64,000 bases of DNA from Gemmatimonadales bacterium. Its GTDB lineage: Bacteria; Gemmatimonadota; Gemmatimonadetes; Gemmatimonadales; GWC2-71-9. A program made the position numbers and the translations under genes. The DNA lies in NCBI GenBank assembly GCA_039794085.1, contig JBDIWC010000007.1, positions 50,676 to 114,675 of the forward strand, in the 5' to 3' direction. Within the stretch, counting starts at the first letter, position 1. Each line of letters begins with the position of its first letter. The notes under the pieces were generated by a model. The model was not told the DNA's origin, did not search any database, and worked only from the letters and a program-made list of their open reading frames with translations. This document shows positions 47,890 to 57,500 of the stretch, piece by piece.

Positions 47890-48045
47890 GGCTATTGTGA
47901 TCGTCTTATTATGATACGGACTTGATTGATATGATGCGATAGCTACCAGATAAATAATTGAAATACATAATGTTATATATGCTGCAACTTATTGCGTATT
48001 TTATAGAGATGGCGAATTATCGTACAATGTCTTACTTGATTCTGT
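47890..48045. promoter_or_regulatory. Strongly AT-rich divergent intergenic region (probable promoters)
   Basis: e.g. GATAAATAATTGAAATACATAATGTTATATAT in a ~68% GC context. Confidence 0.5.
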
Positions 48046-48248
48046 CGGTTCGCTGTCGTTCTGGGCCGGAGAATTCGGGATGGGGGGGGTGTCCCGGATG
48101 GTCTCTCGTCACAGAGATGCAAGAGGGAAGGCAGTTTGCGGACCCACAACCCTGGTCGGATCGGTGCACCGTAGGGGCGGGCCGTGGGCCGCCCTGGGGT
48201 CCCGGAATATCATCGGCGTTTCGGGGCGGGCCGTGGCCCGCCCGTTCA

Positions 48249-48353
48249 CGTCGGCTCAGGCCGACGCGATGCACGCTGCGCGTGAATGCCCTGAAGGGCA
48301 AAGAGAGGACCCTCTCCCTCCGGGAGAGGGTGGCGCGAAGCGCCGGGTGAGGG
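48249..48353. repeat. 105-bp repeat, copy 1 (contains CCCTCTCCC-TCC-GGGAGAGGG..GGGTGAGGG hairpin)
   Basis: Matches 61461-61565 with 4 mismatches. Confidence 0.9.
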
Positions 48354-48370
48354 GCTCTGGACAATGGACA

Positions 48371-49090
48371 ATGAGCAAATGGAACGGTGCCGCTATCTTG
48401 ACGTCCATGGTTGCGACCACGCCAGTCCCGGTGTCACGCCGTCGATCCCGGCGGCTCGGCCACCACCTCACTCTGGCGGCGGCCAGTGCCATCGCGCTCT
48501 CGGCGGGATTGTGGTTCCTGGAAGGGGACCTCCGAAGCCGCACCAGCCTCGCCCTCGCGTGGGCCGCCATGGCCGGATTCACGGCGACGCTGAGCCTCGG
48601 TCCCCTCAACCTGTTGCGCAGACGCCCCAATCCGGTGAGTTCCGACCTGCGGCGGGATCTCGGCATATGGACCGCGATTCTCGCGCTGGCCCATACCGGA
48701 GTGGGACTCACGGTACACTTCCGGGGACGGATGCATCTGTACTTCCTGGCCCCCCCGGACCAGCGGCTCCCGGGACCGCTGCGGCTCGATCTCTTCGGGA
48801 TCACCAACCACCTCGGCCTGATTGCGGCGATCCTCCTTCTGGGTCTGGCCCTGATCTCCAGCGACCGTTGGCTGGCCCGACTCGGCACGAGCCGGTGGAA
48901 GCGATGGCAGCGGATCGCCTATGTCGCCGCCGCCCTGACCGTGGTCCACGGGCTGGTCTTCCAGTTTCTCGAGGGGCGAGCGGTGGGGTTGGTCGCGGGA
49001 CTGCTGCTCCTGAGCGTCCTCATCGCCGTGGCCCAGATCCTCGGGGTCCGGGTATATCGAAGGCGGCGCGGCGCGGTCAGGGAGTCCTGA
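48371..49090 (+). CDS. Ferric-reductase-like transmembrane protein (MsrQ/YedZ-like)
   Basis: RRDLGIW..ALAH, LALISSD and LG..RWKRWQRIAY...VVH motifs; start 48371 or 48407. Confidence 0.78.
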   Translation: MSKWNGAAILTSMVATTPVPVSRRRSRRLGHHLTLAAASAIALSAGLWFLEGDLRSRTSLALAWAAMAGFTATLSLGPLNLLRRRPNPVSSDLRRDLGIWTAILALAHTGVGLTVHFRGRMHLYFLAPPDQRLPGPLRLDLFGITNHLGLIAAILLLGLALISSDRWLARLGTSRWKRWQRIAYVAAALTVVHGLVFQFLEGRAVGLVAGLLLLSVLIAVAQILGVRVYRRRRGAVRES

Positions 49091-50120
49091 CGACGGAGAG
49101 TCTCTCCCCCAGCTCCGCCACGGCCAGGGTCTCCTCCGGTGCCAGTACTCCGAGTCCCCCGCTCCCGTCCCCTCCTCCGCCCTCCCCCTCCCCCTCCCCC
49201 TCCCTCTCCCCCACCGCCCGGTGGAAGTGCCGGACCAAGGCGTTCAACCCCGGATAGGCCCGCTCCCCGCGCACCGCTCGCGCCACCAGGTTGGTGCTCG
49301 CACGGAGGCCCTGCCGTGCGGCGAGGTCGAGGGGGCGCAGGATCTTCCGGGTTCGGGACACGGCGCCGGGTTCGGTCACGGCATACCCGTGGAAGAGGTC
49401 CACATGCACCGTCCCCCGCTCCCCGATCAGGCGCATCTCATTGACACTTGGCCGGCCACCCATCGACACCACGATCCGGACCCCCGCACCGGCCGCGACG
49501 CCATTCACCAGCCACTCCCCCGGAGCGGGCCGCTCAACCGTCCACCGGCCGTGGGCCAGTGCCCCCGGAAGGAAGAGACCCACCAGGGACAGCGGATGGG
49601 GGAGGATCTCGGCCGCGATCCGGTCCGCGCTGGACGAGGGGCCGCCTTCGGCCCCGGCGGAACAGATGGTCAGGAGCAGATGCCGGAGGGGACCGATCTG
49701 GCCCCGGCGCCGGAGGGCCTCATCCACTCCCCGTTGGAAGAGGAACTGGTGGACCGGAGCGGCGAGACATCCCCGGGTCCGGGCGAGGTCGAGAATCTCC
49801 CTGGTGGCGTCGGTCGAGGGGGCGAACGGTTTTTCCATCAGCAGATGGCGTCCGGATTCGAGAGTGGCCCGGGCGATCGGCACATGGGTCGAGAGGGGGG
49901 TGCAGACGTGGACGATGCGCACCCCCGGGTCGGCCAGGGCGGCATCCAGCGAGGTCACAGCCTGGGCTCCGGAGTACCGGGCCGCCAGTGACGCCGCTTT
50001 CGTCGGGTCGGAATCGACCACCACGAGGACGCGTCCCCCCCCCTCCACTTGGCGCACCGCCCGGGCGTGCCACGACCCCATGAGGCCGGCTCCGACGATC
50101 GCCACCCCGGCCGGCGTCAT
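49077..50120 (-). CDS. Gfo/Idh/MocA-family oxidoreductase
   Basis: IVGAGLMG, HVCTP and MEKP motifs; ATGA coupling. Confidence 0.88.
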   Translation of the reverse strand: MTPAGVAIVGAGLMGSWHARAVRQVEGGGRVLVVVDSDPTKAASLAARYSGAQAVTSLDAALADPGVRIVHVCTPLSTHVPIARATLESGRHLLMEKPFAPSTDATREILDLARTRGCLAAPVHQFLFQRGVDEALRRRGQIGPLRHLLLTICSAGAEGGPSSSADRIAAEILPHPLSLVGLFLPGALAHGRWTVERPAPGEWLVNGVAAGAGVRIVVSMGGRPSVNEMRLIGERGTVHVDLFHGYAVTEPGAVSRTRKILRPLDLAARQGLRASTNLVARAVRGERAYPGLNALVRHFHRAVGEREGEGEGEGGGGDGSGGLGVLAPEETLAVAELGERLSVVRTP

Positions 50121-51094
50121 TGGGAGGTGCCTACCCGGATGCCGAGCCCGGCCAGTGTCAGGTCGATACCCTCTTCCAGAGGGAGGGGGGTGAATCCGAG
50201 CGTGGCGCGGGCGCGGCTGGTGTCCAGGATCCGGCAGATGGCGCCGGTGGCCAGGCGCTCCAGCAGCGCCGGGGGGCGCGCACCGACGACACGCCAGGGA
50301 GATGAGAGGAGCCGGGGGGGAATGCCGAGCCACGAGGGCGCCCGCCACTGACGGGGGGACCGACGTCCGGCTCGTCGTGCGATCAGGGCGACGAGTTCGG
50401 GAAAGGGAAGCGCCCGCTCCCCCCCGATGTTGCACACCACGACGCCGGACTCGATTACCTCCGTGCTCCGGACGATGGCGTGAACGAGATCGGTGACATG
50501 GGTCGGGTGGACCATGTGCACCCCGGGCCCGTGCAGCCAGAGCCGACGGTGCAGGATGGTGTCGAACAGAGCCCGTGTCGCGGGGCGTTCCGCGCCGTAC
50601 ACCCCCGCGGGCCGGAGCAGGACGACGTGCGGCACCCGGCCACCGAGCACCTCGGTCACGATGGCTTCCGCCGCGGCCTTGGAACGCTCATAGGGGGTGA
50701 GCGGGTGACAGGGGGCATCCTCGGTGAGGGGCCGGCAGGTACGGTCCGGGCCATAGACTCCGGCACTGCTGAGATGGACAAACCGCCCGACACCCGCCGT
50801 CGCCGCGGCGGTCGCCAAGGCGCGGGTTCCTTCGACGTTCACGTGATGGAGAGCGGGATGATCGCCGCTGTCGGCGGGGACATGCGCCGCGAGATGGATG
50901 ACCGTGTCCACTCCGCACAGGGCGGGGGAAAGGGTGCGGGGGTCCTGAAGGTCACCCCGCGCAACCTCGAATCCAGCCGGAAGCCCGCCCGGGATGTCGC
51001 GTCGGGAGAGGATCCGGACCGGACGCCCCTCGCGAACCAGAGTGGGAAGGAGCTGGCGGCCGATGAATCCGGTTCCGCCGGTGACCAGGATCAC
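50117..51094 (-). CDS. NAD-dependent epimerase/dehydratase (SDR)
   Basis: TGGTGFIG, HLSSAGVYG and YERSK motifs. Confidence 0.9.
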   Translation of the reverse strand: MILVTGGTGFIGRQLLPTLVREGRPVRILSRRDIPGGLPAGFEVARGDLQDPRTLSPALCGVDTVIHLAAHVPADSGDHPALHHVNVEGTRALATAAATAGVGRFVHLSSAGVYGPDRTCRPLTEDAPCHPLTPYERSKAAAEAIVTEVLGGRVPHVVLLRPAGVYGAERPATRALFDTILHRRLWLHGPGVHMVHPTHVTDLVHAIVRSTEVIESGVVVCNIGGERALPFPELVALIARRAGRRSPRQWRAPSWLGIPPRLLSSPWRVVGARPPALLERLATGAICRILDTSRARATLGFTPLPLEEGIDLTLAGLGIRVGTSQ

Positions 51095-52659
51095 CCCGAG
51101 GCCCGTCCCATCCGCATCGGGGTCGCCCTGGGAGCCTTCGGGGTCACCGTGGCGGCTCCCCGGCGGGTTCCCCGGATGGTGGCCCTCAGCACCAGGCTTC
51201 CGGCCAGGAAGAGGAGCCGGCCGGCGAGGCTGGAGACCGCATCCGCCACGCTGTGGGCACAGCGATAGGGCAGATCGTGGCGGCGCTCGTTCTTGAGCAC
51301 CCCCCGGCGATTCATGACGTTCCGCTGGAGCACCTGGGCAAACCGGTGGAGGCGGTGGACCTGGCGCGCCGAGAGATGTTCATTCCCGATCGAGCCCTCG
51401 TGGCTGCTGACGATCCGGTAGTGGTCCGGCGCGATCAGGCCGAGGTCGGCGGCCCAGTCATGGAGCCGGGTTCCGATGAAGGGAGTCGCCACCGTGAACT
51501 GGACCCAACTGGGCCGGAGCCGCAGGGCGAAGCGGATGCTGCGGAGAATGGTGTCGATGGTGTCGCCGGGCAGGCCCACCACAAAGAACGCGAAGGTGGC
51601 GATGCCGTGGCGGCGCAGGGTACCCATGGTCTCGATGAACCGGGCCTCGGTGATCGGCTTCCGCTCCACGTTCTTCTGGACCTGCGGGTCGATGCTTTCC
51701 ACGCCGAAATTGACTCCGGTGCACCCCGCCTTGGCCATCGCGGCGATCGTCGGCTCGTCGAGGCAGTCGACCCGGGTTTCACAACGCCACTCCACCGTGA
51801 CTCCCCGTCGGACGATCTCCTCACAGATCTCCACGACCCGCTGTCGATTCGCCGAAAAGAGGGGATCGCGGAAGATCACGAACTCCACCCCGAGGTCGCG
51901 CACGAGATGCTCCAGCTCATCGACCACGTTCCCGGGACTGCGGTGGCGCCACAGGAGGCCCTGGCCCACCGGATAGGGGCAGTAATTGCAGCCGAAAGGA
52001 CACCCGCGCGACGACAGCATCGGCAGGAAGCGCATGGTCCCGCTCACCGACGAGCGCGGCATCACATACCGGTCGATAGGCAGCAGATCCCAGCGCGGGA
52101 AGGGGAGGCGATCCAGGTCGCGCTCCGCCGTCCGGGGGGGCGTCTGACGCCACTCATCCCCCTCGCGCCAGGCCAGTCCAGCCACCTCGCCCGGGGGCAG
52201 CCCGCGTGCCAGATCCAGCACCGGCTGGTCAGCCTCTCCGAGCACAACGCGGTCGACCGATCCCACCGTCTGGATGTGGCGGAGAAGAGGACCGACCGCG
52301 GGACCGTACAAGACCAGCGTGGCCGCGGGAAGCCGCCGTCGCAGCTGTTCGCAGAAGGCCAGGTCGGCATCGATGGTCGGGAGCGATGTGCGCACCACCA
52401 GCAGGGTCCCCGGTTCCCCGGCCTCCGCCGTGACAGCCGCCACGGCCTCCGCCGACGACAATCCCAAGGCCACCGCTTCGACCACCGCCACGGAATGACC
52501 ATGGGTGGAGAGGGTGGCAGCCAGACAGGGGAGATCCAGGGGGGGAAAGGGGGGTGCTCCCTTCGGGTAGAGCTGTCCAAATCCACCCATCGAGTCCTTG
52601 TTGGACACGTAGCCGGGGGGACTCGGCGGGTTGATCAGAATGGTTGTTGAGACTCGCAA
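51091..52659 (-). CDS. B12-binding radical SAM protein
   Basis: INPP..PPLDL N-terminal cobalamin-binding domain; SRGCPFGCNYC (CxxxCxxC), FGVES and FFVVGLPG motifs. Confidence 0.9.
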   Translation of the reverse strand: MRVSTTILINPPSPPGYVSNKDSMGGFGQLYPKGAPPFPPLDLPCLAATLSTHGHSVAVVEAVALGLSSAEAVAAVTAEAGEPGTLLVVRTSLPTIDADLAFCEQLRRRLPAATLVLYGPAVGPLLRHIQTVGSVDRVVLGEADQPVLDLARGLPPGEVAGLAWREGDEWRQTPPRTAERDLDRLPFPRWDLLPIDRYVMPRSSVSGTMRFLPMLSSRGCPFGCNYCPYPVGQGLLWRHRSPGNVVDELEHLVRDLGVEFVIFRDPLFSANRQRVVEICEEIVRRGVTVEWRCETRVDCLDEPTIAAMAKAGCTGVNFGVESIDPQVQKNVERKPITEARFIETMGTLRRHGIATFAFFVVGLPGDTIDTILRSIRFALRLRPSWVQFTVATPFIGTRLHDWAADLGLIAPDHYRIVSSHEGSIGNEHLSARQVHRLHRFAQVLQRNVMNRRGVLKNERRHDLPYRCAHSVADAVSSLAGRLLFLAGSLVLRATIRGTRRGAATVTPKAPRATPMRMGRASG

Positions 52660-52960
52660 GGCGTCTCCATGTCACACAGCGGGTTGGTCAGTACCGGATT
52701 CGGCGGAGTCACCACCACCGGGCCATTCGGGGTGCTCACCGGGAGCCGCAAGTTGTGGGCCCTCTCGGCCCGGACGAGGAAGGCTCGGCGCAATCGGGAC
52801 CGGTCGTTCGCCACCAGCCCCCTACGTTATTATCACAATGGCGGCTCCCCGCGGTATGATTCCTGCAACTCCGCGGCGATCGCACTCTAGTGACCGTCAG
52901 GGACCGCAGGGTGTTGCGCCTGGTCAGCACTCTCCTCTTCCCCCGGCGACGAGAACAACG

Positions 52961-54085
52961 GTGATTCTGGGCATCAATGGCATTCGTCTGGTGGTGGCGC
53001 GATCGGGGGTCGCTCGCTGCCTGGAGAACCTGTTGCGATGCCTCGGGGAACTCGATCACCCCTTCACCGACATCCGGGTTTATTCGCCCCTTCCGCTGCC
53101 GGCGGACATTGTGCTCCCCCCGAGGGCACGGAATGTGGTCGCACCCTCCCGGCTCCCCCACGGGCTGTGGGAACAGCTCGTACTCCCGCGGGTCCACGGA
53201 CGGGACGGCCTCCTGCTCTGCCCGAGCTACATCATCCCGCTCGCCACCCGCTGCCCGACCTTCCTCATCCACCATGGGTCGTATGAGGGGTTTCCGCAAG
53301 CCTTCCCCTGGTGGACCCGACAGAAGACGCGCCTCATGTACACGCTGAGCGCGTGGCGTGCCTCGGGTGTCTCCACGGTGAGCGAGTACAGTCGCCGCGA
53401 CATGGTCCGCTACTACCGGATGTCCCCCGGGCGGATCCAGGTGATCCCGGAAGGGGTGGACACGACCCGATTTCGACCCCTGTCCGACCCGGCGGTGGCT
53501 GCGGCATGGCGTCGGCGCCGCCTGGGCGGGGATATCCCCTTCCTGGCATATGTCGGCAAGCCCACCGAGCGCCGGAACCTGTCGGCGCTCATCCGGGCGT
53601 TTGGCCGGCTCAAGGCGGAGGGTCTTCCCCATCGTCTCGTCATCGCCGGGGCCGCGCTCCCGGGAACATCGCCCTTTGCCCGGGTCGTTACCGACCTGGG
53701 ATTGGAGCGGGAGGTCGTCGTGCTGGAACACCTGGACCACGAGGAGATCGTGCTGCTCTACAACGCCGCTGACCTGTTGGTGTATCCCTCGTCCTACGAA
53801 GGGTTCGGCATGCCGGTACTGGAGGCCATGGCCTGTGGCACCCCCGTCATCGCCCTCGACAACACCGCGTTTCCGGAGTTCGCTGGCGGAGTCGCCACGC
53901 TGCTTCCGGATGCGGGAGTGTCCACCCTCGCGGCCGGTATCCGCAGCGTGCTTGCGGATGCAGGCGTGCGGGAGCGCATGCGGCACGAGGGACCGCGACG
54001 GGCGGCCCCTTATGACTGGAGGCTGATCACTCGCCGTTATCTCGATCTCCTGGTGCCGCTCGCCCGGGGGGAGCAGCCCGCATGA
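52961..54085 (+). CDS. GT4 glycosyltransferase (MtfB-like)
   Basis: ILGING, TVSEYS and YPSSYEGFGMPVLEAMACG motifs; GTG 52961. Confidence 0.9.
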   Translation: MILGINGIRLVVARSGVARCLENLLRCLGELDHPFTDIRVYSPLPLPADIVLPPRARNVVAPSRLPHGLWEQLVLPRVHGRDGLLLCPSYIIPLATRCPTFLIHHGSYEGFPQAFPWWTRQKTRLMYTLSAWRASGVSTVSEYSRRDMVRYYRMSPGRIQVIPEGVDTTRFRPLSDPAVAAAWRRRRLGGDIPFLAYVGKPTERRNLSALIRAFGRLKAEGLPHRLVIAGAALPGTSPFARVVTDLGLEREVVVLEHLDHEEIVLLYNAADLLVYPSSYEGFGMPVLEAMACGTPVIALDNTAFPEFAGGVATLLPDAGVSTLAAGIRSVLADAGVRERMRHEGPRRAAPYDWRLITRRYLDLLVPLARGEQPA

Positions 54086-55224
54086 GGCGGCTGGCAGTCA
54101 TCGGGTTGGGCGCGGCCACCCGTAACATCCATCTTCCGGCGTGGCATCGGCTGCGCAAGCGCCTGAGGGTGGTGGGCGGGGCGGACCCCGACCCCGCCGC
54201 CCGGGCGTGGGCCACCCGCGCCGGCATCGGACCGGTCTTCGCCGATCCGGCCGCCCTGCTGGCCGGCACCCGGCCCGATCTGGTGGCGATCTGTACCCCT
54301 CCGGAACTTCACCGCCTCCACGCGGAGATGTCACTGGACGCGGGCTGCCACGTGTTCCTCGAAAAGCCGGCGGCGCTCACACTCGAGGAGATCGACGGCG
54401 TCATCGAGGCGTCGGCCCGGGCCGGCCGTCACGTGGTGATCAACAACCAGTTCCCCTGGATGCGCATCCACGCCGCGGCTCGGGCGCAGCTGGAGACGCC
54501 GGCGTTCGGGCGCCTGCTCCACCTGCATGCCACCCACACCATGCATCCGACGCCGGCCACCGAGGCGGGGTGGCGCGGCACGATGAGCCGCCGGATCGGG
54601 ATCGAGTTCGGCATTCATGTCTTCGACCTGGTGCGGTTCTTCTTCGGCGCGACCCCGACTCAGATCTACGCGCACCAGCCCCGACCCCGAGGCGCGGAGG
54701 GCTCCGAGATGATCCTCCTGTCGATTCTGGAATTCGCCGACGGGCGATCGGCCTCGGTCGTGCTCAATCGCGCGAGCCACGGACCCGCCCGCTATCTGGA
54801 TCTTGTCCTCGATGGTGAACATGGCTCGATCCACACCTCCATCGGCGGAGCGCTCCAGGTGACCACCGGAATCCATCCGGGGCGCAAGCGACCATTCGCC
54901 GAGGTCCAGGTCGCCGGGGGAGGGCGGGCGGTTCTCTGGTGCGGGGCCCGGTCGCGGCTCCTCGCGACCGATCCCATGAATCCCTTTGCCCGAGCGACGG
55001 CGCAACACCTGGGGGACTTCCTCACCGCCCTGGAGCGGGGAGAAACTCCCCGGGCGACGGCGGCCACCAACCGGGACAGTCTGGCCCTGGTCCTGGCGAT
55101 GTACGAGTCGTTGCGCATCGGGGGACCGGTCTCCGTCCCCGACGGGGCGTCCCAACCTGAACCCGGCACCCCCGGGTGGCACGGGGATTGCGCCTCCGGT
55201 GCGTCATTTAATCTGACATCGTGA
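54082..55224 (+). CDS. Gfo/Idh/MocA-family oxidoreductase
   Basis: VIGLG, ICTPP..H, LEKP and IHVFD motifs. Confidence 0.9.
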   Translation: MRRLAVIGLGAATRNIHLPAWHRLRKRLRVVGGADPDPAARAWATRAGIGPVFADPAALLAGTRPDLVAICTPPELHRLHAEMSLDAGCHVFLEKPAALTLEEIDGVIEASARAGRHVVINNQFPWMRIHAAARAQLETPAFGRLLHLHATHTMHPTPATEAGWRGTMSRRIGIEFGIHVFDLVRFFFGATPTQIYAHQPRPRGAEGSEMILLSILEFADGRSASVVLNRASHGPARYLDLVLDGEHGSIHTSIGGALQVTTGIHPGRKRPFAEVQVAGGGRAVLWCGARSRLLATDPMNPFARATAQHLGDFLTALERGETPRATAATNRDSLALVLAMYESLRIGGPVSVPDGASQPEPGTPGWHGDCASGASFNLTS

Positions 55225-55253
55225 GGCGTGCCTCACCCCGAACGGGAGACACC

Positions 55254-56270
55254 ATGCAGTGGACCGCGCAGAAGGTGCTGGTCACCGGCGGATGCTCGTT
55301 CATCGGATCGCACCTGGTGGACGCCCTGCTGGCCCGCGGGGCGACCGTCCGCGTCGCCGATGACCTCTCCAGCGGCCGCCGGGAGAACCTGGCAACCCAC
55401 CTGGACCGGGGCGACGTGGAGTTCCTGGAGGTCGACCTCCTCGACCCCGGGCAGGCGGACCGGGCGGTGCGCGGGATGGACCAGGTGTTTCACCTGGCGG
55501 CGAACCACGGGGGCCGGGGGTATATCGACCTGCATCAGTCCGCGTGTGCCACCAACCTGGCCCTGGATGGACTGGTCATCCGGGCTGCCCATCGCGCCGG
55601 GGTGGAACAGTTCACCTACGCCTCCTCCGGCTGCGTCTATCCCGATCACCTGCAAACCGACCCGTCTGCCGTCCTGTACCTCACCGAGGACCTGGTCCGG
55701 CCACCCTACGCGGCCGACAATCTCTACGGCTGGGCCAAGCTGATGGCCGAGCTCACCCTCCAGGCCTATCACCGCGATCATGGTTTGCGGAGTGCCTCCC
55801 TGCGCTACTTCACCGCCTACGGACCGCGCTGCCTGGAAAACCACGCGGTGATCGCCATGATCGCACGGGCCTTCGTTGGCCAGGATCCGTTCGTGGTCTG
55901 GGGAACCGGGGAGCAGATCCGCAACTGGACCCATGTCAGCGACATCGTGGAGGGGACCATTCTCGCCGCCGAGAAGGTTCACGACGGAACCGCCATCAAC
56001 CTCGGGACCATGGAACGCACCCGGGTGCTCGACGCGGCCCGCATGGTGCTGGAGGCAACCGGCCACCACGCACAACTGCTCCCGGACCCCTCCAAGCCGA
56101 CGGGGCCCTACAACCGGGTGTGCGACAACACGCTCGCCCGAACCCGGTTGGGTTGGGAGCCCCGGGTGCCGTTCCAGAAAGGCCTCGAGAGTACCATCGC
56201 CTGGTACTATGAGACCAAGAAGCGCACCGAGGTCGCAGACCACCTGGAGCAATTGCTGACCGAACGGTGA
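55254..56270 (+). CDS. NAD-dependent nucleotide-sugar epimerase (GDP-mannose 3,5-epimerase-like SDR)
   Basis: TGGCSFIGSH, HLAANHGGRGYI, ASSGCVYP and YGWAK motifs; GGAG RBS. Confidence 0.88.
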   Translation: MQWTAQKVLVTGGCSFIGSHLVDALLARGATVRVADDLSSGRRENLATHLDRGDVEFLEVDLLDPGQADRAVRGMDQVFHLAANHGGRGYIDLHQSACATNLALDGLVIRAAHRAGVEQFTYASSGCVYPDHLQTDPSAVLYLTEDLVRPPYAADNLYGWAKLMAELTLQAYHRDHGLRSASLRYFTAYGPRCLENHAVIAMIARAFVGQDPFVVWGTGEQIRNWTHVSDIVEGTILAAEKVHDGTAINLGTMERTRVLDAARMVLEATGHHAQLLPDPSKPTGPYNRVCDNTLARTRLGWEPRVPFQKGLESTIAWYYETKKRTEVADHLEQLLTER

Positions 56271-56300
56271 CCCGCAGTGGAGGTGCGGCCCCTCGTGGTT

Positions 56301-57500
56301 TCATCTCCCCGCGGAGGGGGTCCGGGCCTCGCGATACAGATCCGCCAATCGCGCAGTGGACGCCGCCAGACCATATCCCTCGACCGCCACACGGCGGAGC
56401 GTCGCCGGGGAGAATTCCGCCCGACGGTCCAGGACCCGGCGGATCCCCTCCGCCAGGGCGGCAGGGTCGTCGGGCGAAACGAGGGCCCCGGTGGCCTCAC
56501 TGAGAAAATCCTCAGGCCCCCCGCAGCGCGTGGCCACCACCGGCGTCCCCGACGCGAGGGACTCCAGGGCCACCGCCGAGAAGCTCTCCCGCCGGGAGGG
56601 GACCACCAGCGCGGCGCTGCTCCGCATGGCGGCGGCAACCTCCAGAGGGGAGGCCGGACCGGCGAACGTGACCCGGTCCTCGAGACCCAGGTCATGGCAG
56701 AGCCGCCGGACCTCCGACTCATCCCCACCCCAGTGGGCATAGAACGGTTCTCCCACCACCACGAGCCGGAGAGCGGGCCGCTCCGTCCGCAGCAGGCCCA
56801 AGGCCCGGACCAGGACGTCGAGGCCCTTCACCCGCCGCACCGCCCCGACAAAGAGAAGCTGGTCCGCATCGAAGGACTCGTCCGGGCAGGGCAACGTGAA
56901 CACGGTCTCATCCACCACATTCGGTAGCAGGCTGATGGCCGCACCGGAACCGAGGATGGTCCGGACCGTCTCCCCCACGGCCTGACTGACGACCGTGATC
57001 CGCGCGATCCCGGGAGCCGCCCGCAACACCTGCCGGCGGACCGCGGGCCAGGCGTGCAACCAGGGCACCCAGAGCGCATGCTCCGACGTGACAACCGGCA
57101 CGCCGAGGGACCGCCCCAGCCGGACCGCCATGACACCCTCGGGGTAGATGAAGTGGGCGTGAATCAGATCGATGGCGTGGGTCCGGTGGATCCGGGCCGC
57201 GGCGGCACGAACGGCAGGGTATTGGAACCGGGCATCCAGCGAGTGGAAGCGGTGTCCGGGCGGCACCAGGATCCGGGGATGGAGCACCTTGACTCCCCCC
57301 ACCCCACGCTCGGCAAGCGGCACCGCTCGAAACCGCTGGGCACCCCGGGCTCGGAGCAGGGGCGGGGCCCAGGGGACCGGCGCGATCACGGTGCAGTCCG
57401 CCACCGGCAGGGCGGCCTGGACCAGGCGCTCGGTCCACAATCCCAGTACCGGAAACTCCCGGTTCGGGTAGTTGCGCGAGAGAACCAGAACGTGGGTCAC
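56301..57500 (-). CDS. GT4 glycosyltransferase (TuaC-like)
   Basis: IAPVPW, IHAHFIYPEG and ESFSAVALESLASGTP motifs; GTG 57500 overlaps the upstream TGA. Confidence 0.9.
   Translation of the reverse strand: MTHVLVLSRNYPNREFPVLGLWTERLVQAALPVADCTVIAPVPWAPPLLRARGAQRFRAVPLAERGVGGVKVLHPRILVPPGHRFHSLDARFQYPAVRAAAARIHRTHAIDLIHAHFIYPEGVMAVRLGRSLGVPVVTSEHALWVPWLHAWPAVRRQVLRAAPGIARITVVSQAVGETVRTILGSGAAISLLPNVVDETVFTLPCPDESFDADQLLFVGAVRRVKGLDVLVRALGLLRTERPALRLVVVGEPFYAHWGGDESEVRRLCHDLGLEDRVTFAGPASPLEVAAAMRSSAALVVPSRRESFSAVALESLASGTPVVATRCGGPEDFLSEATGALVSPDDPAALAEGIRRVLDRRAEFSPATLRRVAVEGYGLAASTARLADLYREARTPSAGR

Noticed and set aside
47958..48350. 130-aa ORF MKYIML...
   Set aside because: It spans the AT-rich promoter region and the 105-bp repeat, has a TTG start and shows no protein-like features.
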